Shown here piece by piece: positions 28,356 through 37,135 of a stretch of DNA of 64,000 nt. A program made the position numbers and the translations under genes. The DNA lies in NCBI GenBank assembly GCA_048884965.1, contig JBHLQH010000014.1:27375-91374 (forward strand), read 5' to 3'. The stretch comes from Candidatus Thorarchaeota archaeon. GTDB taxonomy: Archaea; Asgardarchaeota; Thorarchaeia; Thorarchaeales; Thorarchaeaceae. A model generated the notes under the pieces. The model worked only from the letters and a program-made list of their open reading frames with translations, did not search any database and was not told where the DNA came from. Numbering within the stretch: the first letter of the stretch is position 1; every line of letters begins with the position of its first letter.

Positions 28356-28961
28356 CTATGCCATTTCACCTGCAGAACTCTCTGCCATTTGGGCAAATTT
28401 CTCACAGCTTTCTGCATCACGAAGTTCATTCCGCTTCTTATGCAATGCAGCTGCAATGCGATATGCTCTGGCAACCTCAGTCCATTTGGCTTGTGCATCC
28501 AGACAAAGTGCCAATGCCTTCCAAGTTTCCGGATTTTCTGAGTCGTATTTGAGTGACTCATTGAAGGCATCAATTGCTTCTTGAATTCGCATTAGGCTCT
28601 CCAATGCCCTTGCCTTCCTCTCAAAGAGAATAGCACTTGCTGGATTTGATTTCAGACCCGCCTTTGCTGCAGTCAGTGCTTCTTCAAATGCCCCTATTGT
28701 AAGAAATGCTTCTACTTTATTAGAGTGCGCTTCATCGCTATCCGGTTTTATCTTAATGGCTTTATCAAAGACAACTATAGCCTCTGATTGTTCTCCAATG
28801 TGAATATGAGCCAAACCCATCTCGTTCAAGACTTGGATTGAACTTGGATTGATTGTTAGAGCTTTTTTGAATTCCGCGATGGCCTTCTTATTCTCACCTC
28901 TAGCTCTAAAATTACGCGCTAGCTTCACAATAGATTCAAAGTCTTGACCACTGGATGACAT
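28356..28961 (-). CDS. Tetratricopeptide repeat protein
   Basis: Successive TPR consensus units (AIAEFKKALTINP, AIVVFDKAIKIKP). Confidence 0.85.
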   Translation of the reverse strand: MSSSGQDFESIVKLARNFRARGENKKAIAEFKKALTINPSSIQVLNEMGLAHIHIGEQSEAIVVFDKAIKIKPDSDEAHSNKVEAFLTIGAFEEALTAAKAGLKSNPASAILFERKARALESLMRIQEAIDAFNESLKYDSENPETWKALALCLDAQAKWTEVARAYRIAAALHKKRNELRDAESCEKFAQMAESSAGEMA

Positions 28962-29089
28962 ACTTGCTCTTCGGAAAGAAATGGTATTAATGATATTGGC
29001 GATGAACTTTTAGACCCTATGATATCTGACCCCAAGGGTTTTAACGCGGACCGACAAAAAAAGGGTTCAGTTAGAAAGAGGCGAATCAT

Positions 29090-29632
29090 ATGGTCAGAGA
29101 TGAGGATTTGTTCGATGATGTTGATGAGGACGAGGAAGACGTTTTCTTCCCTGATGAAGATGAAGAGGAAGTTGAGTATAGGCGTGGAACTACATCTCTG
29201 AATGAAATTCCTGACAAGCCGTCCTTCATGGATGATCCGTGGCCTCCCATTGCATTCATTCTAATACTGATAGGATTTGGATTTACTCTTCTAACTCCTG
29301 TTGATATCTGGTCTCAACACGTATACTATCTTGTAACAACTTACTTGCTTCTCGTTTTTGTTGCGATCGCCAGCGTGATATCATTGGGTGTCTGGAAGAA
29401 AGCAGGTGGATCTCGTCTGCGATTCGGTGGTATAACTAATCTACTAGTAGTTCTGATATGTGGTGCATTCGGCACCGTTGACACCCTCTTGGTAGTCACT
29501 ACTGGAAATCCACTGATTCCAGGAACAAACACTCCTGTGTTACTGCTAGCGTTCGTTATAGTGATATTCTCTCTCTACAGCCTTTGGCTGATTCAAAGGA
29601 CATTCGCTACTGACGTTCCCAAACAGCAGTAA
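29090..29632 (+). CDS. 4-TM membrane protein with acidic N-terminal tail
   Basis: D/E-rich first 30 aa followed by four hydrophobic segments. Confidence 0.75.
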   Translation: MVRDEDLFDDVDEDEEDVFFPDEDEEEVEYRRGTTSLNEIPDKPSFMDDPWPPIAFILILIGFGFTLLTPVDIWSQHVYYLVTTYLLLVFVAIASVISLGVWKKAGGSRLRFGGITNLLVVLICGAFGTVDTLLVVTTGNPLIPGTNTPVLLLAFVIVIFSLYSLWLIQRTFATDVPKQQ

Positions 29633-29636
29633 ATCG

Positions 29637-30014
29637 GTGAGAGTCTTGACTAATGAGAGCCAAACCCTTGAGGAATTGATGGCTCTCATTAGAGACTTCA
29701 TTCGTGAGCGTGACTGGGAACATTTTCAGAAACCCGCAGCTTTAGCTATGTCTGCGTCAATAGAAATGGGTGAACTTTTAGAAAGATTTCAGTGGCTCAC
29801 CAATGAGGAAATCTCTACTCTTCTCGAGGATGATAGGTATAAGGAGAGCATTGCTGATGAAATTGCTGATATCGTTATCTACATGATCCGGTTAGCTGAT
29901 ACGACAAACATAGGTCTGACTGATGCAATTCTAGACAAAATGAAAAAGAATGAAGGCAAGTATCCCGCAGACGAATGGAGAGGACGAATTCCCGATAAGG
30001 TCAGAAATCCATAG
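29637..30014 (+). CDS. MazG-like nucleotide pyrophosphohydrolase (dCTPase-like)
   Basis: ERDWEHFQKP..EMGELLERFQW..DEIADI..KNEGKYP. Confidence 0.9.
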   Translation: MRVLTNESQTLEELMALIRDFIRERDWEHFQKPAALAMSASIEMGELLERFQWLTNEEISTLLEDDRYKESIADEIADIVIYMIRLADTTNIGLTDAILDKMKKNEGKYPADEWRGRIPDKVRNP

Positions 30015-30801
30015 CAAGGCGCTTGTAAAGTTCTGGTCTTCGATCGCTGAGTCGATGATTCCTTGGTGTGAGAGTCTTGTCATTAGCTTCGCTCAGATCG
30101 ATATCGACATACTCGACCCCAATTGATCCGTTCGGAATTCGGAGGAGGATTCTACCTTTTGTGTCAACAATCTGTGAGTTACCGGAGAATTCTAGGCCTC
30201 GTTCAGAGCCAACCCTGTTTGCTGTTGCTGAGAACACTCCATTCTCCAATGATCGTGTCTTCATTGCGGTTTGGCAGAATTCTAGTACGAGATTCGATGG
30301 ATGAAGAATGACCTGTGCTCCTTTTAGTGTGAGAATACGTGCCATCTCAGGAAAAATCCAATCCCAGCAAATCATTACACCAAAATTAGAGTCTTGAAAG
30401 AGAACGACTGGGGGCTCATCATTTCCTGGAATGAACCAATCCTTCTCATCATTGAATAGATGTGCCTTTCGATATGTTGCTAGATGATTCCCATTTCCGA
30501 ATATTCCTGCGGAATTGTAGAGGCTTGAGCCATCGTATTCACAAATACCTGAAACAACTAGCCTCTGATTTTTGGACCAAGCGAGCAATTCTTTTGAGAA
30601 TGGACCTAGAGGTATCGTTTCGGCATATGCCAATACTTCTTCTTTCGATTCAAAGACATATCCAGAATTGGCAAGTTCTGGAAGAACGAGTACCTCAACT
30701 TCCTTTTTATCAGCATCGTTCAAAATATCTCTCAAGGTTTCCAGATTCTCTTCCAATGCTCCTATCTTTGGCTCCATCTGCCCAATACCAAGTCTAGTCA
30801 T
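30001..30801 (-). CDS. Nitrilase/carbon-nitrogen hydrolase family
   Basis: Catalytic E-K-C triad: LPELANSGY, YRKAHL, ICWDWIFPE. Confidence 0.92.
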   Translation of the reverse strand: MTRLGIGQMEPKIGALEENLETLRDILNDADKKEVEVLVLPELANSGYVFESKEEVLAYAETIPLGPFSKELLAWSKNQRLVVSGICEYDGSSLYNSAGIFGNGNHLATYRKAHLFNDEKDWFIPGNDEPPVVLFQDSNFGVMICWDWIFPEMARILTLKGAQVILHPSNLVLEFCQTAMKTRSLENGVFSATANRVGSERGLEFSGNSQIVDTKGRILLRIPNGSIGVEYVDIDLSEANDKTLTPRNHRLSDRRPELYKRLAMDF

Positions 30802-30912
30802 TGTCCATCACTATCTCCATGAATCTCAAATGAGGCTATTACTCATTTGGTTAGAATTTAGCAGAATATCTTTATTTCAGATGATTAGAATTAATTGAAC
30901 AGGGTGGTTTCA

Positions 30913-30999
30913 TTGATTAATGACGAAGGAATGGAAGAGTGGGACGACGAAGACGAGGATTGGGATGATGATGAATGGGAAGATGATGAAGACTGGTAG
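30913..30999 (+). CDS. Unannotated 28-aa acidic Trp-repeat micropeptide 1 (MINDEGMEEWDDEDEDWDDDEWEDDEDW)
   Basis: Manual translation; GGGTGG SD-like site before the TTG (alternative ATG at 30931); mixed synonymous codons; similar peptide encoded at 32106. Confidence 0.7.
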   Translation: MINDEGMEEWDDEDEDWDDDEWEDDEDW

Positions 31000-31008
31000 T
31001 ATCCAGTT

Positions 31009-31821
31009 CTATCTTTCTTGAATCTTCCTTCTAGTGCGAAGCATGAAATTATAGACTCGTTTCAACTGCTTCTCCTCATCATAGTGCCAGAGGGCTCGAA
31101 GGATCTTATGCCTATTCCTTAGCTGCTTCAATTTTCGGGATTGATTGGAGTATTGCTCTCGTAGTTTCTTTGTTGAAATCGATGTTTCTTTGATATGGGG
31201 TTCAATGGCCTTCAATTTACTTTCGATTGATCCTACTTCATGTTCGATCATTCTTTTGTAGGCTTCTTGTATCAGAGACTCTCCTTGCTTATTGACTAAT
31301 CTTAGTCGAGCCCATCTCTTTACATGAGCCCCTACACTCCGTGCTTCCTTTGCGAATTCGTTGGAGTCAAAGAGACTTGTGCCATTCTCTTGTGTGAAGT
31401 ATCGAGCTTTCTCCTTTGCCCGCATGTGGGGCAGCAGAATCACACCAGGGCGAAGGCGAATGCAGGGTGTTCTATGAATGATTCTTTGCATCTTCTTCTT
31501 TTGTTGTTGGGTAGGCTTTTCAAAGGAGAAGACCACAATGCTATACATGGGTTCCTGATATGGTACCTTTTTCCTGGAATCTCCTTTTGGCATCTCTCGT
31601 GCTTTTCTGAATCTCACGTGTGGGATATCCTCTAAGAACTCAATGATTTTCCGCTTCTTCCTCTCAACAATGAAGATACCAGATCCTACCTTCTTGATTT
31701 CTGGCAGTTGCGGTAAATTCTTCTTGGGTGAGATCTCTCTCGAGAGAATGACTAGCCTGCTGCGTTGATCCAGACGCAATGACGGAATTTTCTGGTCATC
31801 GACTGCTTCGGAATCTGACAA
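31009..31821 (-). CDS. Highly basic protein with Cas2/PaaX/ChrB-N-like segment and helical C-terminus
   Basis: About 64 K/R vs about 32 D/E by hand count; YSIVVFSF..KKKMQRII..IRLRPGVILLP pattern; GGTGG SD. Confidence 0.65.
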   Translation of the reverse strand: MSDSEAVDDQKIPSLRLDQRSRLVILSREISPKKNLPQLPEIKKVGSGIFIVERKKRKIIEFLEDIPHVRFRKAREMPKGDSRKKVPYQEPMYSIVVFSFEKPTQQQKKKMQRIIHRTPCIRLRPGVILLPHMRAKEKARYFTQENGTSLFDSNEFAKEARSVGAHVKRWARLRLVNKQGESLIQEAYKRMIEHEVGSIESKLKAIEPHIKETSISTKKLREQYSNQSRKLKQLRNRHKILRALWHYDEEKQLKRVYNFMLRTRRKIQER

Positions 31822-32105
31822 CTAAAAATCAACCACCACTATATGGTCTTGTGAGTGTATAGGTTTTTCTTTTATTGATTTCTTATACCATGAGGGACAG
31901 GCAGGAATCCATTTTATTTTCCTCTTCTGCATTTTTAAAGGTATAATAGAACTTATTCGTGGAATTGGGGATGTGATTTCCAATATTCTAGAAAAAGGAA
32001 TGAATAAAGTATTCTGGATTCATATTCTGGAGTTATTTCTTCCCTTGGTTTTCATACACATCCTTAATTTTTAGTTATCTACACAGGACGTGAGGTGAAA
32101 TAGTC

Positions 32106-32198
32106 GTGTTTCGTTTCTTTGATGAAGATGAAGATTTTGATGACGACGACTGGGACGACGATGACGATGACTGGGAAGACGACGACGATGATTGGTAA
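32106..32198 (+). CDS. Unannotated 30-aa acidic Trp-repeat micropeptide 2 (MFRFFDEDEDFDDDDWDDDDDDWEDDDDDW)
   Basis: Strong GAGGTGA SD at 32092-32098, GTG start, mixed GAT/GAC codons, downstream hairpin. Confidence 0.75.
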   Translation: MFRFFDEDEDFDDDDWDDDDDDWEDDDDDW

Positions 32199-32241
32199 GT
32201 CGTTTCCTCAGTGATGTCTTCAATCACTTGAAGAAAACTTG

Positions 32242-32266
32242 GGGAGCGGGAATATTCTTCGCTCCC
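32242..32266. terminator. Hairpin terminator between micropeptide 2 and convergent MTAP
   Basis: GGGAGCG...CGCTCCC stem followed by TTTGTCTTTG. Confidence 0.6.
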
Positions 32267-32276
32267 TTTGTCTTTG

Positions 32277-33140
32277 TTAGAATAAACCGTTTTTCATTGC
32301 CGTTTGGCAATCGCAAGATGCGTCTTTTGGAATATGTTTGATCATCTCGAATATGAGTTTCTTCACCCGCTCGACATTCTGAGACATGGTCCTCAAAACG
32401 AGCTCGTGCGTAACTGGGCCTTCCTCTCCCTGCACGTCATAGTCTGTTGGCATCGACACATTGACGAAGCAAATTCCAGCTTCTCTTGCAAGTGAGGTTT
32501 CTGGATATGCTGTCATGCCTATCACGTCCCATCCATTACTGTTAAAGAACATAGACTCTGCACGTGATGAGAAACGAGGTCCATTAATGCAAACATAGGT
32601 GCCACCATTATGAGCTTTGTAGTTCAGCTTTCCAGCAGTTTCGAAAGCGACTTTCCTCAGTTCAGGACAAAATGGTTCTGCAAATGGCAAATGACCGATT
32701 GTTCCTCCTTCGAAAAAAGTATCCTTTCTCTGACCAAATGTTCTATCGAATATCTGATCTGCCATGACAAACTCACCTAGTTTGATCTTCTCAGGCTGGA
32801 GGCTTCCAGTTGCTGCAGGTGAGATTATCCTCTTCACACCCAATGCTTTCATTCCCCAAATGTTCGCTCGATAATTGATTGCATGAGGCGGTATGATATG
32901 TCCTCGACCATGTCTGGCTAGGAACGCGATACTTCGTCCTTCTATCTTTCCAATTATGAAATTGTCTGATGGAGCTCCATATGGAGTAAATACCTTGATC
33001 TCTATAGGATCCTTAATGACTTCTGGATCGTAGTATCCGCTACCTCCGAGTAACCCAATCTCGATGGGAAGCAGTGCTTCCAGTTCATCTCTTTTGCTTC
33101 TATCAAGTGGTACAAAATCCAACTTTGCTTCAAATGCCAT
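32277..33140 (-). CDS. mtnP: S-methyl-5'-thioadenosine phosphorylase
   Basis: GGSG, TPYGAPS, RHGRGH..PPHAINYRANI, GPRFSSRAES, GMT, TDYD. Confidence 0.9.
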   Translation of the reverse strand: MAFEAKLDFVPLDRSKRDELEALLPIEIGLLGGSGYYDPEVIKDPIEIKVFTPYGAPSDNFIIGKIEGRSIAFLARHGRGHIIPPHAINYRANIWGMKALGVKRIISPAATGSLQPEKIKLGEFVMADQIFDRTFGQRKDTFFEGGTIGHLPFAEPFCPELRKVAFETAGKLNYKAHNGGTYVCINGPRFSSRAESMFFNSNGWDVIGMTAYPETSLAREAGICFVNVSMPTDYDVQGEEGPVTHELVLRTMSQNVERVKKLIFEMIKHIPKDASCDCQTAMKNGLF

Positions 33141-33239
33141 CTCTCTTCTAACTCCTGAAGCTTGCTACCCTTCTTCTAACTAGTCTCTCATTTATAACTG
33201 ATTTCCAATGGCGAAATAAAACTCGGACAAGGACTTCCG

Positions 33240-33908
33240 TTATTGTGTGATTCTCCAGATCTTGTCCAGTGGGTATTGGATCCTCCCAAGGTATCCCATG
33301 TGGGCTTTGATCTTGGAGAGATTCTCATCTGAGAGTACTATGTTGTTGTATTCTCGGAGATGCTTTTTGACCTCAGGTGTGCTCATCTCCTTAACCTTCT
33401 CACCTTCAAAGATCTTCATGATGAGGGCTGATAGGTCTTCAAAGAAGTTCCATGGCCATATCTCCCACGCCCAAGTGACCTCTACTCCATAATAATCAGG
33501 AACGAATTTAGAGCCTGCAATATGCATGAGCGTGGCTGTCTTGATCTCAGATGGCTTTCCTGTTTCTTGGATATGTCTGACAGCAGTCATGAGGCTCTCA
33601 CCAGTATCTGTAATATCATCAACAACAAGAACCTTCATTCCTTCAACATCCCCTACTAGAGGGCATGAGAGCTGTGCCTTGCCATCTCTTGTAGCAGTGA
33701 CTCCCCAGTGATCGACCTTAACTGAAAATAGATTCTTCACACCCAACAAGTCACATTGAATTCTTGCATGTACCCAACCTCCACGAGCAATTCCAATGAT
33801 TGCTTCAGGCCGCCAGTTAGACTCCTTGATCTTATGGGCAGTCTGATAGGCATAGTTCGCAATATCATCATAATCCAGCACGTAGCAGAGAGGTCCTTTG
33901 AGCTCCAT
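33240..33908 (-). CDS. Purine phosphoribosyltransferase (type I PRT)
   Basis: IARGGW and PRPP-binding VLVVDDITDTGES; PDYY...WEIWPW. Confidence 0.88.
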   Translation of the reverse strand: MELKGPLCYVLDYDDIANYAYQTAHKIKESNWRPEAIIGIARGGWVHARIQCDLLGVKNLFSVKVDHWGVTATRDGKAQLSCPLVGDVEGMKVLVVDDITDTGESLMTAVRHIQETGKPSEIKTATLMHIAGSKFVPDYYGVEVTWAWEIWPWNFFEDLSALIMKIFEGEKVKEMSTPEVKKHLREYNNIVLSDENLSKIKAHMGYLGRIQYPLDKIWRITQ

Positions 33909-33985
33909 TGTATCCACCAAGTCACTTTCATTTGGAAATGGAATCGGATAAAAGTGTGACTACTGTACCAATAAACGCTACGTAT

Positions 33986-34834
33986 CTAGTTATTGTCAAT
34001 CCAAAGTAAGCGAACAGAATCGAATTCGCCAGGTAGATATTCTATCTTGACCTTGACACAGTCCCCTTCCTTAACTTTTCGAGGTATTTCAAATGGTAAA
34101 AACAGCTCCTTCCATCCATCTTCCATATCCAAGATAATTTCGTCATCAAGCGAAGCTTGGAACATCCCGCACAGTCCATGAGCAATTCCATCCTGTTTGA
34201 TATCAAAGGTTAGTGTCTTTCGAACACGGTAATCATCATCTAACGATCGGAGGTCAAACTTTACGATTTCTTCTATATCCGACAGCTCTATCCTCTCTTC
34301 TGCTCCTACCGTCTGAGGTCGTGATGGAAATCGAAGATCTTGGAAAGCAAAACGACTCAACATACTTTCGCTCTGACTCAATATTCCAAATATCTGGACT
34401 GACTTAGGAAGGAGAATTCCTTCTGGTTTCAAAACGTGTTTTGTGATATGAAGCGATGCAGGAATCTGCTGCTCGATGAGCATCATTGAGGAAAGCATCT
34501 CACAAAGAACTATGTCATACTTCTCATGAGGCTTGAACTCAGAGAAGTGCATTGTCTTGAATTCTATCGCGCTATCTAGCTTGTTGTGTTCTGCAGCTTT
34601 TTTCGCATAGAGAATAGAGTCTTCATGCACATCGATTGCAGTTACTTTCGCAGCTCCTGCTTTCGCTGCCAGCAATGCAAGAATTCCAGTTCCCGTTCCG
34701 ATATCCGCAACCTTCATATCAGGTTCAACTATTCGTTCAATCACCTGAGCAAATTTCTGAATCCGCTTTTTTTGACTAAGCAAGCTTATTGCTCCAAGAA
34801 GATCGAATGGTGTTGCGTATTTCCTACCTGACAT
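33986..34834 (-). CDS. PRMT-like (protein arginine methyltransferase fold) SAM-dependent methyltransferase
   Basis: VADIGTGTGILALLAAKAGA; double-E loop DIVLCEMLSSMMLIEQ; LKPEGILLP; beta-barrel-like C-terminus. Confidence 0.75.
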   Translation of the reverse strand: MSGRKYATPFDLLGAISLLSQKKRIQKFAQVIERIVEPDMKVADIGTGTGILALLAAKAGAAKVTAIDVHEDSILYAKKAAEHNKLDSAIEFKTMHFSEFKPHEKYDIVLCEMLSSMMLIEQQIPASLHITKHVLKPEGILLPKSVQIFGILSQSESMLSRFAFQDLRFPSRPQTVGAEERIELSDIEEIVKFDLRSLDDDYRVRKTLTFDIKQDGIAHGLCGMFQASLDDEIILDMEDGWKELFLPFEIPRKVKEGDCVKVKIEYLPGEFDSVRLLWIDNN

Positions 34835-34888
34835 CTCTTTTTTGCCATAACGAATCCTACTTATAACAAGAATGTTGGCTATTGTCTA

Positions 34889-36103
34889 GTGCCGAAGAGG
34901 TCTATTGAGAGGAAAAACCACGATTCTGGAGAACAAATCGATTTGACTGACGAGAGAATCCGAAAAGCAATAGAAGCAATCGAAGACTCATGCAATGAAG
35001 AAGCCATATCAATCCTCGAACCGATTGCCAAGGATTTGGATCCCGATCCGGATGCCCTCGTCTATCTTGGACTTGCCTATATTCAAGCTGAGCGTCCTGT
35101 AGATGCAGTCAAAGTCCTTCGACAAGCACAAGAGATGGTAGAGGATCATTGTGTACTGGCTCTTTTCCTGGGTCGTGCTTTGAGAAGTCTAGGGAAATAT
35201 GAAGAAGCTGAGGATGAACTTCGCCGAGCAATTGAGCTGGAGCCAGAAGATCCAGAAGCCTGGATCGAACTTGGAAAGCTTTTGTATTCCAAGGGGAATT
35301 ATGGAGAAGCAGCTCGCATCATGGATGAAGCAATCATTCTATTCCCTGAGGATCTTTCGCTTCGAGGGACACTTGCTCTTGCGCTGTATAAGCTGGGCGA
35401 TTTCACCCAAGCTACAAATGAATGGGCAAACCTTCACAAGTTAGATCCTGACCTCATGGCTGCAATGACGAATCTTGCATATCTACTTCTTTTGCAAGAT
35501 AGAACCAATGAAGCACTTCCGCTTGTTGAAGAGGCCTACAAGAGAGACTCTGAGGATTATCGTGCGTTGGTTTTGAAGGGTATGGTTTCATTGACAGCTG
35601 ATGAGAAAGACAAGGCGAAAATCTATTTCGAGAAGATCTTAGAGAACCACTCAGATAATGTTGAAGCACTTTCGCGCCTTGCCGTTATCGAATATGAGAA
35701 CGGGGATGCTGAGAAATGTACCGCTCTTCTTGATTACGCTGAGAAACAGATTAACTCAGAACAGGAATGTTGGAGGGGTCTCTGTTTTGCCTATTCACGG
35801 TTGGGCCTTCAAGACAAGCATATTGAATGCTTAAAGAATTGGACTGAACAAGATCCCGGAGCAGCAGCACCTTGGGTTTCACTCGCAATTGAATATGATC
35901 GAGAGGGAAGAAAAGACTTGGCTTTGGGTGCTTGGCGGAAAGCAATGGAGTTACGGGGATATATCCGAATTCATTGTGCCAATTGCAGGCAGAGTATCAA
36001 GTTTGAGATAACCAATGCCTCCGCATTCGAACCATATGAACCGCAGAAGTGCGACAATTGTGGGACAAAGATTGAGATGCCTATCGGCCTTCTAGCCCTC
36101 TGA
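34889..36103 (+). CDS. TPR repeat protein with C-terminal zinc ribbon
   Basis: Many TPR units; CANC...CDNC at the end. Confidence 0.85.
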   Translation: MPKRSIERKNHDSGEQIDLTDERIRKAIEAIEDSCNEEAISILEPIAKDLDPDPDALVYLGLAYIQAERPVDAVKVLRQAQEMVEDHCVLALFLGRALRSLGKYEEAEDELRRAIELEPEDPEAWIELGKLLYSKGNYGEAARIMDEAIILFPEDLSLRGTLALALYKLGDFTQATNEWANLHKLDPDLMAAMTNLAYLLLLQDRTNEALPLVEEAYKRDSEDYRALVLKGMVSLTADEKDKAKIYFEKILENHSDNVEALSRLAVIEYENGDAEKCTALLDYAEKQINSEQECWRGLCFAYSRLGLQDKHIECLKNWTEQDPGAAAPWVSLAIEYDREGRKDLALGAWRKAMELRGYIRIHCANCRQSIKFEITNASAFEPYEPQKCDNCGTKIEMPIGLLAL

Positions 36104-36110
36104 TGGAGAC

Positions 36111-36575
36111 TTGAGCATGTCTTCTCGAAGGTACCCTGAGTTTCCTATACCTGGTGTGGGAGGAGTTGTATTCGGCACGAAAGGTGTTCTTCTTGTGCGA
36201 AGAGATAAGGAACCCGGAAAAGGTCTCTGGAGTATTCCTGGGGGCGGCGTTGAAGTAGGAGAAACTCAACAAGAAGCGTTAGTTCGAGAAGTCCTAGAAG
36301 AAACCGGAGTCCGATGTAATGTCCTTCAATTCATAAGTACAGCTGATATCATCTTTCGTGATAAGAATGGAGATATTGAATATCATTACATTTTGAACCA
36401 TTACCTAGCTGAGGCGTTATCCAGCAGTATCAGACCAGAAACACCAGATGCAGAAGTTGGATGGTTTGCTCTAGATCAACTCCCCATAAGCGATATGCCT
36501 GAAGCCATAATAGATATCGTCAACAAAGCTAGTGCAATTCAAAATCCTATGCAAAAAGGCATCCGAGAAACTTAA
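36111..36575 (+). CDS. Nudix hydrolase
   Basis: Nudix box GGGVEVGETQQEALVREVLEETGV. Confidence 0.93.
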   Translation: MSMSSRRYPEFPIPGVGGVVFGTKGVLLVRRDKEPGKGLWSIPGGGVEVGETQQEALVREVLEETGVRCNVLQFISTADIIFRDKNGDIEYHYILNHYLAEALSSSIRPETPDAEVGWFALDQLPISDMPEAIIDIVNKASAIQNPMQKGIRET

Positions 36576-36636
36576 GAGGTGTCTTTGTTACAGATTGTTA
36601 GTTACAACTTGTCATTGACAGGACGTGCACAACACA

Positions 36637-37098
36637 ATGTTTCGAACAATAATTGCGCTTGTAGTCGCTCTAGTTGTTTCAATCCTAATTGGTGCTTTCC
36701 AAATTCTAGGTCTAACAATTGAAACAATTCAGACGGAGATTCTGGGCTCTGGGGATATTACGAATGTGCTAGCTGCATATGGAGGAGTCCTATTTCAATC
36801 ACTGATGATTCCATACACCAGGGCTCTTGCAGGCAACTTCGCTCCTCTCGCCGCACTTGGAGTTGCAGGTTTCATTGCTGGTTTGATATCAAAGAGTGGC
36901 ATGAGAATGCTTGTCGTTTCTATCATTACTATTGTCCTCTTCTTTGTGGGATACGCTGTTCTAGCAATGTCAGCTGCATTAGATGTTGACATTCTGATTC
37001 CCATCGCTCAAAACATTGCCATCGATTTGGGTGTCGCTTTTGGCCTTCTATTTATCCCTGGTATAATTGGTGCTTCATTGACAGCTGAAGATTACTAG
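36637..37098 (+). CDS. Membrane protein of unknown function
   Basis: About 4 hydrophobic helices. Confidence 0.7.
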   Translation: MFRTIIALVVALVVSILIGAFQILGLTIETIQTEILGSGDITNVLAAYGGVLFQSLMIPYTRALAGNFAPLAALGVAGFIAGLISKSGMRMLVVSIITIVLFFVGYAVLAMSAALDVDILIPIAQNIAIDLGVAFGLLFIPGIIGASLTAEDY

Positions 37099-37109
37099 GT
37101 ATGATTTCT

Positions 37110-37129
37110 AAGAGGGGATTTCCCCTCTT
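37110..37129. terminator. Hairpin between convergent genes
   Basis: AAGAGGGGA-TT-TCCCCTCTT followed by T-rich sequence. Confidence 0.5.
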
Positions 37130-37135
37130 CTTATT

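Noticed and set aside
30940-32195. GAY/TGG-rich tracts as microsatellites or CRISPR repeats next to a Cas2-like gene
   Set aside because: No fixed-length repeat-spacer structure; variation falls at synonymous positions, so they were treated as coding
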